64,000 nucleotides of DNA from an uncultured Bacteroidota bacterium. GTDB lineage: Bacteria > Bacteroidota > Bacteroidia > Bacteroidales > GWA2-32-17. The position numbers and the translations under genes are program-made. Shown here piece after piece: positions 20,480-30,795 of the stretch (its first letter is position 1; the number at the start of each line of letters is the position of its first letter). The notes beneath the pieces were generated by a model that saw nothing but the letters and a program-made list of their open reading frames with translations, was not told the origin of the DNA and searched no databases. The DNA lies in contig CAILUD010000009.1 in the NCBI GenBank assembly GCA_903837285.1, forward strand, positions 3,284 to 67,283. Direction: 5' to 3'.

Positions 20480-20489
20480 AATAATAATA

Positions 20490-21773
20490 TTAAGGTTTCA
20501 AGTATGTTATGGATAATCTCATGCCATTATTTACACATTTTGGTCCTTTTACAATTAATCTATTTGCACTTACTCTGTTATCGCTAACAAATAGTGCTAA
20601 ACCAAAATCGGTTCTTGTTTGATCAACAAGCTGCTGAGCATATCTGGAAATATTAAATCTGTATGTTTTATCACTTTCGTTATAACTTCCGCCAAAATAT
20701 GAACTACCTACAAAATAATCAAGTAAAAAATCATAAGTACCAGATGAATTATAGCTAACTAAAAGTAATTTTGCGGGAGTTTTATACATTGTTGCGTCAA
20801 AATAATTTTCAACAGGAATAATTAATTCAGCTTTAACAATTGCAATTGTAGCTGAATCCTTTAAAGTTGAAAGGTACGGAATTTTAATTTTTGCCATTAA
20901 CCCCGACATACCCTGTAAATATAACAATGTATCTGAACTCAAAGAATCTCCAATGGAAGTACTTAATGATGGAACAACAGTGCTATAATTATGTTTAAAT
21001 AAATTTACTCTGGCACAATTCGAATTAATTGGGAAATCGAATTTTAAACTAGTAGTATCACTATTAGCATGATAATACATTGTAATTTTTGAATTTATGC
21101 TTAACAAATCGTAATAAATTATTGCACCACCTGATGATATACTATCTGTTTTAATATATAGACCTTTAAAAAATTTTATAAATTCTTCGTTTGTAGATAA
21201 ATTAGTTGAAGTTGCAGCAAAAAACTTATTAGCAAGACTACTATCTAACTTTATAGCAAGCGGTTCGCCACTTGGCTTAGGATTATAGCTTTTTGTTGCT
21301 AACAATGTATTATTAAGAATATACTGAGACGGATTTAAATTAGAATAATAAGAAGAATCTATATAAAGATCTTTATCCATTTCATATACAGAAATTGTTT
21401 GGGTGGTATTAGTATCTCCATAATAACTTCTATAGTTCACATATAAAACTATTGAATCTGCAAAAGGTGCAGTTCCAAAACTCACATTTGAAGTAGAAAG
21501 GCGAATCTGAGTCATAAAAGCTGCATCGCTTCTACCAAATAAAGGATCTGTATAAGAGCCTAACAGAGCATAAGTTCTTTCATCTGTAGAAAGAGAATCT
21601 TCCCTAACAAAATATGCTTTAATAGTTGAAGTATCTAATGAGATTCCGTTAATTTTATCACTATCGGGTTGTAAATCTAAACCCAAAGTGGTTGGATCTT
21701 TTTGGCATGAAAAAAACAAAACCGCTAATAAACTAAAACCCAATGCTAATTTGCTGTTCAGTATTGATTTCAA
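20490..21773 (-). CDS. Lipoprotein of unknown function (possibly the DUF4270 type usually found between glmS and the short glycogen-synthase gene in Bacteroidota)
   Basis: Lipobox LFFSCQKD and a TTG start. The family assignment comes from recalled synteny only and is unverified. Confidence 0.4.
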   Translation of the reverse strand: MKSILNSKLALGFSLLAVLFFSCQKDPTTLGLDLQPDSDKINGISLDTSTIKAYFVREDSLSTDERTYALLGSYTDPLFGRSDAAFMTQIRLSTSNVSFGTAPFADSIVLYVNYRSYYGDTNTTQTISVYEMDKDLYIDSSYYSNLNPSQYILNNTLLATKSYNPKPSGEPLAIKLDSSLANKFFAATSTNLSTNEEFIKFFKGLYIKTDSISSGGAIIYYDLLSINSKITMYYHANSDTTSLKFDFPINSNCARVNLFKHNYSTVVPSLSTSIGDSLSSDTLLYLQGMSGLMAKIKIPYLSTLKDSATIAIVKAELIIPVENYFDATMYKTPAKLLLVSYNSSGTYDFLLDYFVGSSYFGGSYNESDKTYRFNISRYAQQLVDQTRTDFGLALFVSDNRVSANRLIVKGPKCVNNGMRLSITYLKP

Positions 21774-21783
21774 CTTGATTTAT

Positions 21784-22608
21784 TTATAGTTCGACACAAT
21801 TAGGAGCTAATACACTATCGTAAAAATCAGAATATGAATCAATGTAATGTTCGGGGTCTTTATACTCGAGTATGGGTTTTTCGGCTGTTTTAAGATATTC
21901 TAATACTTTAGCGTTAATTTTTTGACTTCCAAGAATTACTCCATCAGAAAGATTAATTGCAAGTTTCATTAAATTAACATAATCCAATGAAGACATTACC
22001 TGCATATCTTTTTCTGAAACACCATCAATTATAGCTTTTTTCTTAAAATCTTTTGACAAATTTCCCTTAAATTCATCATCGTAAATAGAAAAAACTACTT
22101 TAGTATCGTTAAATAATGGGTCTTCGCGAAATGCTTTTTTAATGTAAAGAGGTACAAGTGAAGTAAACCAACCTTGGCAATGCACAAGATGTGGTGCCCA
22201 ACGAAGTTTTTTTACAGTTTCTAAAACTCCTCTTGCAAAAAATATTGCTCTCTCGTCATTATCAGCATAAAAACTGCCATTTTCATCACAAACAGTGCAT
22301 TTTCTTTGAAAGAAATCTTCGTTATCTATAAAATACACTTGCATTCTGGCCGATTGAATAGATGCTACTTTTATAATCAGCGGATGATCAGTATCATTTA
22401 TAATAAGATTCATTCCAGAAAGACGAATAACCTCATGTAATTGATTTCGTCGCTCGTTAATATTACCAAAACGTGGCATGAAGGTACGTATTTCACGACC
22501 TTTTTCTTGAATTCCTTGCGGAAGGTAGCGTCCAATAGTGGACATTGGGGTTTCAGGTAAGTAAGGGGTAATTTCCTGAGCTACAAACAACACTCTCTCT
22601 TTTTCCAT
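21784..22608 (-). CDS. Short glycogen/starch synthase-like protein (N-terminal GT5 Rossmann domain only)
   Basis: RVLFVAQEITPY..., HCQGWFTSLVPLYIK and 274 aa in total. Confidence 0.6.
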   Translation of the reverse strand: MEKERVLFVAQEITPYLPETPMSTIGRYLPQGIQEKGREIRTFMPRFGNINERRNQLHEVIRLSGMNLIINDTDHPLIIKVASIQSARMQVYFIDNEDFFQRKCTVCDENGSFYADNDERAIFFARGVLETVKKLRWAPHLVHCQGWFTSLVPLYIKKAFREDPLFNDTKVVFSIYDDEFKGNLSKDFKKKAIIDGVSEKDMQVMSSLDYVNLMKLAINLSDGVILGSQKINAKVLEYLKTAEKPILEYKDPEHYIDSYSDFYDSVLAPNCVEL

Positions 22609-22636
22609 GTGCAGCTTAAAAGGTATTAATTAAATG

Positions 22637-22644
22637 CAAAGTTA
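22637..22644 (-). promoter_or_regulatory. -7 box TAACTTTG (minus strand)
   Basis: The plus strand reads CAAAGTTA, 28 nt upstream of ATG 22608. Confidence 0.4.
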
Positions 22645-22753
22645 AGCAAAATAATGATTTTAATCAATTCTATTATCATTTAAACTAAAAATGATTGATT
22701 TTATTTTGAAAGTAATTAAACTTTAGACTTATTTTGCACCCTCAAATTTTATA

Positions 22754-23599
22754 ATGAAAGTAATAAATAACATTTCAGAAATTACTTCTTACTTAAACGG
22801 TTTTATAAGTACAGGTAAAAAAATTGGTTTTGTACCAACAATGGGCGCGCTTCATTTTGGACATTTAACTTTAGTAAACATTTCAAAAGAACAAAATGAT
22901 ATTACCGTTGTAAGTATTTTTGTAAACCCCACACAGTTTAATGATAAGCAAGACTTTGAAAAATATCCAAGAAATACTGAAGAAGATCTAAAAAAACTAA
23001 GTGAAACCGGTTGTGATTTAGTTTTTATGCCAAACGAAAAAGAGATGTATCCCGAAAAAGAATTTAAAAAATTTAATTTGGGTAAAATAGAAGAAGTAAT
23101 GGAGGGCAGATTCAGACCAGGACATTTTCAAGGTGTGGCAATAATTGTAAATAAACTTTTTGAAATTGTGAAACCTAACAACGCATATTTTGGTCAAAAA
23201 GATTTTCAACAATTAGCAATAATTAAAAGATTAGTTATAATAACAAACTCAACTGTAAATATTATTTCATGTCCTATAATTAGAGAAAGTAATGGTTTGG
23301 CTATGAGTTCGAGAAATAGCAGGCTTTCAAAAACAGAATTCGATAATGCATCCATTATTTACTCTACAATAAAGCAATTATCTGACTTTATCGAAAACAA
23401 TAAATTTTCTGAATTTAAATCATGGGCATTAAATAATATTAATGCAAACAACTTATTTAAAACTGAATATATCGAAATTGTTGATTCTAAGAATTTAGAA
23501 ATCGTTACAAATTTAAAAAATCACGAATCAATAACTTGCTGTATAGCTGTTTTTTGCGGACAGGTAAGACTAATAGATAATATTCAGATTAATTTGTAA
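22754..23599 (+). CDS. panC: Pantoate--beta-alanine ligase
   Basis: Motifs PTMGALHFGHLTLV, YFGQKDFQQ and MSSRN. Confidence 0.95.
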   Translation: MKVINNISEITSYLNGFISTGKKIGFVPTMGALHFGHLTLVNISKEQNDITVVSIFVNPTQFNDKQDFEKYPRNTEEDLKKLSETGCDLVFMPNEKEMYPEKEFKKFNLGKIEEVMEGRFRPGHFQGVAIIVNKLFEIVKPNNAYFGQKDFQQLAIIKRLVIITNSTVNIISCPIIRESNGLAMSSRNSRLSKTEFDNASIIYSTIKQLSDFIENNKFSEFKSWALNNINANNLFKTEYIEIVDSKNLEIVTNLKNHESITCCIAVFCGQVRLIDNIQINL

Positions 23600-23604
23600 T
23601 TTTG
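23597..23604 (+). promoter_or_regulatory. -7 box TAATTTTG overlapping the panC stop
   Basis: Exact match 40 nt upstream of the panD ATG. Confidence 0.3.
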
Positions 23605-23643
23605 TGCGCTTTTAAAAAAGACAGTTAAATTAAAAACTTTGCG

Positions 23644-23994
23644 ATGAAAATCGAAGTATTAAAATCAAAAATTCATAGAGTTTCTGTAACAGAAGCCAAT
23701 CTACAATACGTTGGGAGTGTCACTATTGACGAAGCATTACTCGAAGCATCTAACATTATTGAAAACGAAAAAGTTCAAGTTATAAACCTAAATAACGGTG
23801 AAAGAATTGAAACATACGTAATAAAGGGAGAAAAAAATTCGGGTGTAATCTGTTTAAACGGACCAGCTGCAAGAAAATTTTACGTTGGCGATGTTGTTAT
23901 TATCATATCATATTGTAGTCTTGATTTTGATGAAGCAAAAACATTTAAACCATGGTTAGTTTTCCCTGATACTTCCTCAAATCGCTTATTATAA
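23644..23994 (+). CDS. panD: Aspartate 1-decarboxylase
   Basis: [23 protein letters not shown] carries the Gly-Ser self-cleavage site. Confidence 0.95.
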   Translation: MKIEVLKSKIHRVSVTEANLQYVGSVTIDEALLEASNIIENEKVQVINLNNGERIETYVIKGEKNSGVICLNGPAARKFYVGDVVIIISYCSLDFDEAKTFKPWLVFPDTSSNRLL

Positions 23995-23998
23995 TATT

Positions 23999-25018
23999 TT
24001 GAAAAAAACATTCAAAATAATTCTAAACTTCGTTGTTTTCCCTTCTATCGGAATTCTTCTTCTTTATTTAGCGTTTAAAAATGTTGATATTGAAAAACTT
24101 TGGAACCAGCTTAAAGGAGCCAATTTTTATTGGGTAGGTTTATCTTTAGTATTAGCAGTTACAGGTTTTTACAGCAGAGCATTAAGGTGGAAAATTTTAA
24201 TAGAACCTTTAGGTTATAACCCTTCTAATAAAAATACATTTTTAGCAGTGTTTATTGCTTACTTTGCTAATATTGGGATGCCTCGTTTAGGGGAAATAAC
24301 ACGTTGTGGCTCACTTAACAAAACCGATAATATTCCGGTTGACAAACTTTTTGGAACAGTAATTACCGAAAGAGTTATTGATTTTCTTTGTTTGCTAATT
24401 ATTATCGCATTTGTGCTAGTTGTTAAATTTAAACAAGTTAGTGGATTTTTTATCGACAATATTTTCAATCCCTTATTTAATAATTATTTTTCATCTCCAA
24501 AATTTTGGATAATTTTTATTATATCTACAGTAACATTAATTGCTTTATTGCTGTTATTCAGAAAAAAGTTATTAAAAGTATCATTAATAAAAAAAATGGT
24601 TAGTTTTTTTACTGGGTTGACTTCTGGTTTAAAATCTGTATTTAAAATGAAAAAAGTTGGATTATTCTTTTTTCATACAATTTTAATATGGGCAATGTAT
24701 ATTCTAATGACTTATGTTGCATTTTTTTCAATAAAAGAAACATCTAATTTAAGCTTCTTGGATTCAATTTTTATTCTTACAATAGGAGGCTTGGGTATGT
24801 CGGTGCCAGTAACTAATGGATTTGGCGCATATCATTGGATTGTAGCACTAGGTATTAATATGTTACTTGGCATTCAACTAACAGACATATCTAATTCACC
24901 TGGATTATTATTTGCTACAATTTGTCATGAGTCTCAAACACTTATGGTATTACTACTTGGGCCAATAGCTTTATTTATGGTGTTTTTTGCAAAAAAGAAG
25001 AAAACCTCTAGTATTTAA
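23999..25018 (+). CDS. Polytopic membrane protein, LPG-synthase-TM / flippase-like (UPF0104-type)
   Basis: About 8 hydrophobic segments, GMPRLGEITRC and a TTG start. The family is assigned by recall. Confidence 0.45.
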   Translation: MKKTFKIILNFVVFPSIGILLLYLAFKNVDIEKLWNQLKGANFYWVGLSLVLAVTGFYSRALRWKILIEPLGYNPSNKNTFLAVFIAYFANIGMPRLGEITRCGSLNKTDNIPVDKLFGTVITERVIDFLCLLIIIAFVLVVKFKQVSGFFIDNIFNPLFNNYFSSPKFWIIFIISTVTLIALLLLFRKKLLKVSLIKKMVSFFTGLTSGLKSVFKMKKVGLFFFHTILIWAMYILMTYVAFFSIKETSNLSFLDSIFILTIGGLGMSVPVTNGFGAYHWIVALGINMLLGIQLTDISNSPGLLFATICHESQTLMVLLLGPIALFMVFFAKKKKTSSI

Positions 25019-25027
25019 AACTTAATT

Positions 25028-25519
25028 ATGGAAAAACTTGACATAATAAAATCGAAAATATATAGCAGTTATACCGATATAGAATTCTTAAAAATGCTTG
25101 CTTTTTTAAATTTTAAAAACAAAAATATTGTATTTACAAATGGTTGTTTTGATATAATTCACCGTGGTCATATTGAGTATTTAGCACAATCGGCACAACT
25201 TGGCGACAGTTTAATTATTGGTTTAAATAGCGATGAATCTGTTACTAAATTAAAAGGCACTAACCGACCAATTCAAGACCAACAAAGCAGAGCTTTAATA
25301 TTAGCTTCAATGCAATTTGTTTCAGCTGTAGTAATCTTTTCAGAAGAAACACCTTATGAATTAATTAATGTAATTAAACCCAAATTTCTTATAAAAGGAA
25401 GCGACTACTCTATTGAAAATATTGTTGGAAATGATATTGTAATTGCAAACGGAGGCGAAGTAAGAACTATTGATTTTATTGAAGGATATTCCTCGTCTTC
25501 AATTATTAATAAAATATAA
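25028..25519 (+). CDS. Cytidylyltransferase-fold adenylyltransferase (RfaE domain II-like, D-beta-D-heptose-1-P adenylyltransferase)
   Basis: Motif FTNGCFDIIHRGHIEYL and 163 aa in total. Confidence 0.75.
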   Translation: MEKLDIIKSKIYSSYTDIEFLKMLAFLNFKNKNIVFTNGCFDIIHRGHIEYLAQSAQLGDSLIIGLNSDESVTKLKGTNRPIQDQQSRALILASMQFVSAVVIFSEETPYELINVIKPKFLIKGSDYSIENIVGNDIVIANGGEVRTIDFIEGYSSSSIINKI

Positions 25520-25613
25520 ACAACTTCAATTAATCCTTAAATTTAAAATTAATGAATTTAAAATTTTGTGGATTTAACAAAAAAATGTAGATTTGTTTAA
25601 AATTCAAAAAGTC

Positions 25614-25979
25614 ATGAGAGTTAGAATTTTATTTATCTGTTTAATAATTGCTTCTTTTACATTTTTGGGATGTAAAAAATCGAAACAAAATAAGCTTACA
25701 GGCTCATGGGAGTTATTACCACAAACTGAAGCTCAACAAAATCAAAAGATTATTTACAAATTTGATTCAGACAATAAATTATATAGAACAAACGATACAA
25801 TTGTAGATACCGCTGATTATGAACTTAAATCTGATTTTACTAAATATTATGTAGTTATTAGAAACTTAGATGAATGGTCAGACGCTAACTACTATATTGA
25901 AAAATTAAACAGAAAAATTCTTGTTTTGCAATGTCAATCACCATATTTGCGCAAAGAATTTGTTCGTCATGAGGAATAA
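25614..25979 (+). CDS. Small lipoprotein, paralog 1
   Basis: Lipobox FTFLGCKK and KLTGSWELLP. The start is moved to ATG 25614. Confidence 0.6.
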   Translation: MRVRILFICLIIASFTFLGCKKSKQNKLTGSWELLPQTEAQQNQKIIYKFDSDNKLYRTNDTIVDTADYELKSDFTKYYVVIRNLDEWSDANYYIEKLNRKILVLQCQSPYLRKEFVRHEE

Positions 25980-25984
25980 TACTT

Positions 25985-26383
25985 ATGAATCGTTATTTAT
26001 TATTTATTGCATTACTCATTAATTTTTCTTTATTTTTTTTTAGTTGTCAAAAGAAAAAGGAAGAAAAAATAACAGGAAATTGGCAATATATTTATTTAAC
26101 AAATACAAATAACACTATACAGAACTGGACTTTTATTGATAATAACAAGTTTATTAAAACAATAAAAACAGATACTATAATTTCCGATACTGCAGACTGG
26201 AAACTCACAGCCGATGCACTGTCTGCAACAAAGCTTAAAATTACCGGAATTAACGAATGGACTGATGGCACTTACGAAATACTTACATTAAATAAAAAAT
26301 ATCTTATAATTCAAAGAATATCGCTTAGTAGTGGCAGTTCTGATGGTGCTTTTAACAGGATGGAATTTGTAAAGTCGAATTAA
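25985..26383 (+). CDS. Small lipoprotein, paralog 2
   Basis: Lipobox FFFSCQKK and KITGNWQYIY. It shares ...DTADW/YELK... and the WSD/WTDG...L..K.L.(I/L)Q pattern with paralog 1. Confidence 0.6.
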   Translation: MNRYLLFIALLINFSLFFFSCQKKKEEKITGNWQYIYLTNTNNTIQNWTFIDNNKFIKTIKTDTIISDTADWKLTADALSATKLKITGINEWTDGTYEILTLNKKYLIIQRISLSSGSSDGAFNRMEFVKSN

Positions 26384-27742
26384 ATGGCTAAACAAAAAAC
26401 AGCTTTTTTTTGCACTAATTGCGGTGTTGAATCTACTAAGTGGATTGGCAAATGCCCCTCTTGTGGCGAATGGAATTCATACGTTGAAGAACCGATTATA
26501 AAAGCAGTAAAATCAGCAACCGGAAAAACAAGAGAAGCACCAATTCCAAAACTGGTTACCGAAATTAATATTGCAAAAGAACCAAGGTTAAACACAAAAA
26601 GTGTAGAATTAAACCGTGTTTTAGGTGGTGGTCTAGTACCTGGCTCTGTTATTCTTATTGGCGGAGAACCCGGAATTGGAAAATCAACTTTAATGTTACA
26701 GTTTTCGCTTAGAGTTAGTTCATATAAAATAATGTATGTTTCGGGCGAAGAAAGCGAGCAACAACTTAAACTAAGAGCCGAAAGAATTGGCGGAAAAGGC
26801 GAAAACTGTTTTGTTTATTGTGAAAGTATTTTAGAAAATATTTTATTGCAATTTGATAAACTTAATCCTGATATTATAATTATTGACTCAATTCAAACCA
26901 TTCAATCAGAAAGAATTGATTCTTCACCGGGAACTGTAGTTCAAGTTCGTGAGTGTACTGCCTCGTTATTAAAGTATGCTAAAGAAAATAACAAACCAAT
27001 ATTTTTAATCGGACATATAAATAAAGAAGGAAGTATTGCTGGACCAAAAGTTCTGGAACACATGGTGGATACTGTTCTTGCGTTTGAAGGCGACTTAAAT
27101 AATTTATATAGAATACTTCGTTCTACAAAGAATCGTTTTGGATCTACCAGTGAAATAGGTATTTTCGAGATGCAAAGTACAGGACTTAAAGAAGTGCCAA
27201 ATCCTTCTGATATATTGTTATCACATACCGACGAAATTTTAAGCGGAACTGTTGTTGCTGCAACTATTGAAGGAATAAGACCAATATTAATTGAAGTACA
27301 AGCATTGGTTAGCTCAGCAGCATATGGAAACCCTCAACGGTCATCAATGGGTTTCGACTTACGAAGATTGGGCATGTTGTTAGCGGTTCTTGAAAAAAGA
27401 GCCGGATTCCGTCTTTCTGCAAAAGATGTATTTTTAAATATTGCCGGAGGATTAAAAGTTAGTGATCCTGCAATCGATTTAGCCGTTATAGCCGCTGTAC
27501 TTTCTTCGGATTTAGACAGACCTGTACCAAAAGATATTTGCATAGCAGGCGAAATTGGTCTAACAGGCGAAGTAAGACCGGTATCTCGCGTTGAGCAACG
27601 CATCGGAGAAGCAGAAAAACTTGGATTTAAAAAAATGCTTATCTCTAAATACGGTTTAAAAGGGATTGATTTAACAAAGTATAAAATTCAGGTATTTACA
27701 GTTGCCAAAGTTGAAGAGGCATTTAAAATTCTTTTTCATTAA
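26384..27742 (+). CDS. radA: DNA repair protein RadA/Sms
   Basis: Zinc finger CTNCGVESTKWIGKCPSCGEWNS, Walker A GGEPGIGKST, KNRFG and a Lon-like C-terminal domain. Confidence 0.95.
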   Translation: MAKQKTAFFCTNCGVESTKWIGKCPSCGEWNSYVEEPIIKAVKSATGKTREAPIPKLVTEINIAKEPRLNTKSVELNRVLGGGLVPGSVILIGGEPGIGKSTLMLQFSLRVSSYKIMYVSGEESEQQLKLRAERIGGKGENCFVYCESILENILLQFDKLNPDIIIIDSIQTIQSERIDSSPGTVVQVRECTASLLKYAKENNKPIFLIGHINKEGSIAGPKVLEHMVDTVLAFEGDLNNLYRILRSTKNRFGSTSEIGIFEMQSTGLKEVPNPSDILLSHTDEILSGTVVAATIEGIRPILIEVQALVSSAAYGNPQRSSMGFDLRRLGMLLAVLEKRAGFRLSAKDVFLNIAGGLKVSDPAIDLAVIAAVLSSDLDRPVPKDICIAGEIGLTGEVRPVSRVEQRIGEAEKLGFKKMLISKYGLKGIDLTKYKIQVFTVAKVEEAFKILFH

Positions 27743-27754
27743 AAAACATATTAC

Positions 27755-28258
27755 ATGAAAACATTTTTAATATTTTTACTAATGTTATTTTCACTTTTTG
27801 GCTATAGTCAACAAGCTGAAAAGAACATGTATGCCAAATCATTTATAGATCAAAAAGCTCCTGAGTTTAACGTTACCAAATGGCTAACAAAACAACCTGT
27901 AACAAAGGGTAAATTTATTTTAATTGACTTTTGGGCAACCTGGTGCGGACCATGTAAAAAAGCAATTCCAGAGCTAAACGAATTCAGTAAAAAATTCTCT
28001 AAAGAATTGGTGGTAATAGGAATTTCTGGAGAAAAAGAAGAAGTAGTTTTAAAAATGAAATCTCCAAAAATAGAATATTTTTCTGCAATCGACTCAATGC
28101 GAACAATGGAAAGAACTCTTGAAGTAAAAGGAATTCCACATGTTATTTTAATTGACCCAAATGGAATTGTACGTTGGCAAGGTTTTCCTTTGTTAGAAGG
28201 ATTTGAATTAACAGAAAAAGTAATTGAAGATATTATTCTTAAATACGGGAAAAAATAG
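27755..28258 (+). CDS. TlpA-like thioredoxin-fold protein
   Basis: Signal peptide and FWATWCGPC. Confidence 0.85.
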   Translation: MKTFLIFLLMLFSLFGYSQQAEKNMYAKSFIDQKAPEFNVTKWLTKQPVTKGKFILIDFWATWCGPCKKAIPELNEFSKKFSKELVVIGISGEKEEVVLKMKSPKIEYFSAIDSMRTMERTLEVKGIPHVILIDPNGIVRWQGFPLLEGFELTEKVIEDIILKYGKK

Positions 28259-28353
28259 TTTGAGATTAATTTCTGTTTTGTCTTTGCCTCCCCACTCCAA
28301 CTTATAAGCCACTAAAACGAACTTAATAACTTTGAACTTTTAAACTTTACAAC

Positions 28354-30696
28354 TTAAAGATCCACCCCTTCTATAATATCTCCACCAGGTTGTTCTTCAT
28401 CTTTTGATTTACTACAATCTGCATTTACTTTCATGCTTTTTGGTTTATCAAATGTTTCTTTTGTTGAATAGCCAAGTTTTTTATCGGCATATACTTTTTC
28501 CATATAATAAGCCCATATTGGAAGAGCCATGCTTGCACCCTGTCCGTTTTCGGTACTTGCAAAGTGAACACCTCTATCCTCACCGCCTACCCATACACCA
28601 GTTGCTAATCGCGGAGTTAAACCAACATACCAACCATCAGAGTTATTTTGTGTTGTACCTGTTTTTGCAGCAATATCGCCTTCAATTTTATATTTTCCTT
28701 TAACACGCCAGCTGGTACCAAAAGCAACAACACCTCTTAATAATTCAATCATTAAATAAGAAGTTTCTTCACTGAATGCCTCTGTTCTTGTTGGTTTAAA
28801 TGTTGAAAGCACATTTCCGTTTTTATCTGTAATCCTTGTTACAAATATTGGTTGCGTGTAAATTCCACGATTCGAAAAAGTACTAAATGCTCCAATCATT
28901 TCTGCTAAACTTAATTCTGGTGTTCCCAAACAAATTGAAGGAACAGCATCAATGCGACTTCTTACTCCCATTTTCCTTGCAACATTTATTACAGCATCCG
29001 GACTATAACGTTTCATTAACCAGGCAGAAATATAGTTTACAGAATTTGCTAATGCCCATTTTAAAGTTACCATTTGCCCATCCTTTTTTGTTGTTCCACT
29101 ATTTTTTGCAGTCCATGAAGTTCCATCTGGTAATTCAAAGGTTACTGGTATAAGCGGAACTTCATAACAAGGCGAATAACCTTCCTGCATAGCCAATGCA
29201 TATAAAAAAGGTTTAAATGTTGAACCTACCTGGCGTTTTCCCGACTCAACCATATCATACTGAAAATGTTTAAAATTCATTCCACCAACATAGGCCTTAA
29301 CAAAACCTGTCTGCTGATCAACCGACATTAAGCCTGCCCTTAAATAATATTTATAATATTTTATAGAATCCCATGGAGTCATAATAGTATCTATATCGCC
29401 TTTCCAAGAGAATACAGACATTTGAGTTTGCTGATGAAATGTTTTTTCAATTTCCTCTTTTGAAAGTCCTTGCGATTTTAAAACCCTGTATCTTTCACTT
29501 CGTCTTACCGATTGATTCATTACTTCTTCAATCTGATCTTTACTCATATTCCATGCATAAGGAGCTTTTTCTCTACCTTTTTGCTCTTTAAAAAATTTAG
29601 GCTGAATCTCTTCTTTTAAGTGACGGGTCATTGCATATTCAGCATATTTCTGCATCCTGTAATTAATTGTTGAATAAATTTTTAACCCATCTTTGTATAT
29701 ATCATAAGGTGTTCCATCTGGTTTTAAATTCTTATTACACCAACCATACAATGGATTTGTTTCCCAATTTAAAGAATCTTCGTAATATTTTTGTTTATCA
29801 ATATAATTATCTTCAATAGGTTCCTTTGCGTCCATTACTATTCTCAAATACTCTCTAAAATAAGTTGCAATACCTTCTTTATGATCTGCTCTTTGGAATT
29901 CTATTTCTAATGGCAATAACTTTAGAGAATCGTATTGATTTGAAGTTATATAATCATATTTTTTCATCTGTCCCAAAACTGTATTGCGTCGTTGCATAGT
30001 TAAATCGGGGCGACGAATTGGATTATACAAAGAAGGATTTTTTGCCATCCCAACAAGCATTGCAGCCTGCTCAATTTTAAGTGAATCAGGTTCAGAATTA
30101 AAATATACTCTTGCTGCTGATTTTACACCAACTGCTAAATTCAAAAAATCGAACTTATTAAAGTACATTGTAATAATTTCTTCTTTAGTATAACGCTTTT
30201 CTAATTTTACAGCCATTACCCATTCTCTTAATTTTCTAATAATCTTTGAAAAGAAGTTTGAAAAATTTTCTCGCGGAAAAAGCATTTTTGCTAATTGCTG
30301 AGAAATTGTACTGCCTCCACCTTTACTTCCAATTCCAGTTACTGCTCTAGCAATTGCTTTTATATCCACTCCCGAATGTGAATAAAACCGAACATCTTCG
30401 GTCGCTATCAACGCTTTAACGAGATATGGCGAAAGATTTTCAAATTTAACACTCGATCGATTCTCTAAAAAATAATTTCCCAGAACAATTCCATCGCTTG
30501 AAATCACCTCAGAAGCTTGATTGTTTTTTGGGTTTTCCATCTCAGGAAAGCTCGGCATGTATCCAAAATATCCTTCAGAAATAAAAAAGAATAAAATGAA
30601 AATTGATAAAATTGGAAAAATAAAAATAAACCATAATATTTTTATATATTTCTTAAATGCCTTTTTATCAGTATTATTAACCGGACTTTTCTCCAT
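28354..30696 (-). CDS. Class A penicillin-binding protein (PBP1A family)
   Basis: Glycosyltransferase motifs EDVRFYSHSGVD and GGSTISQQLAK. Transpeptidase motifs STFK, SVN and KTGTT. Confidence 0.9.
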   Translation of the reverse strand: MEKSPVNNTDKKAFKKYIKILWFIFIFPILSIFILFFFISEGYFGYMPSFPEMENPKNNQASEVISSDGIVLGNYFLENRSSVKFENLSPYLVKALIATEDVRFYSHSGVDIKAIARAVTGIGSKGGGSTISQQLAKMLFPRENFSNFFSKIIRKLREWVMAVKLEKRYTKEEIITMYFNKFDFLNLAVGVKSAARVYFNSEPDSLKIEQAAMLVGMAKNPSLYNPIRRPDLTMQRRNTVLGQMKKYDYITSNQYDSLKLLPLEIEFQRADHKEGIATYFREYLRIVMDAKEPIEDNYIDKQKYYEDSLNWETNPLYGWCNKNLKPDGTPYDIYKDGLKIYSTINYRMQKYAEYAMTRHLKEEIQPKFFKEQKGREKAPYAWNMSKDQIEEVMNQSVRRSERYRVLKSQGLSKEEIEKTFHQQTQMSVFSWKGDIDTIMTPWDSIKYYKYYLRAGLMSVDQQTGFVKAYVGGMNFKHFQYDMVESGKRQVGSTFKPFLYALAMQEGYSPCYEVPLIPVTFELPDGTSWTAKNSGTTKKDGQMVTLKWALANSVNYISAWLMKRYSPDAVINVARKMGVRSRIDAVPSICLGTPELSLAEMIGAFSTFSNRGIYTQPIFVTRITDKNGNVLSTFKPTRTEAFSEETSYLMIELLRGVVAFGTSWRVKGKYKIEGDIAAKTGTTQNNSDGWYVGLTPRLATGVWVGGEDRGVHFASTENGQGASMALPIWAYYMEKVYADKKLGYSTKETFDKPKSMKVNADCSKSKDEEQPGGDIIEGVDL

Positions 30697-30777
30697 AATT
30701 ATTCCTAAATATTTATTAAATTACTATTAAAAAAAGGATAAAAGTAATCCTAAAAATAAAATTTTTAAATTGCACCC

Positions 30778-30785
30778 CAAAATTA
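30778..30785 (-). promoter_or_regulatory. -7 box TAATTTTG (minus strand)
   Basis: The plus strand reads CAAAATTA, 81 nt upstream of the PBP1A start. Confidence 0.25.
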
Positions 30786-30795
30786 CAAAAAATAG

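Noticed and set aside
20480-20489. glmS ribozyme upstream of glmS
   Set aside because: Only 10 nt separate glmS from the preceding gene, so there is no room for a ribozyme. glmS appears to be co-transcribed with the upstream lipoprotein gene.
21784-22608. Truncated glgA pseudogene (only 274 aa)
   Set aside because: The ORF is intact with its own start and stop, and the next gene begins 10 nt later, so no remnant of a C-terminal half is present. By recall, short GT5-only forms are a recurrent Bacteroidota gene next to panC. This is unverified.
26380-26595. 71-aa minus-strand ORF overlapping the radA start
   Set aside because: It is antisense to the conserved RadA zinc-finger region and has no supporting features.
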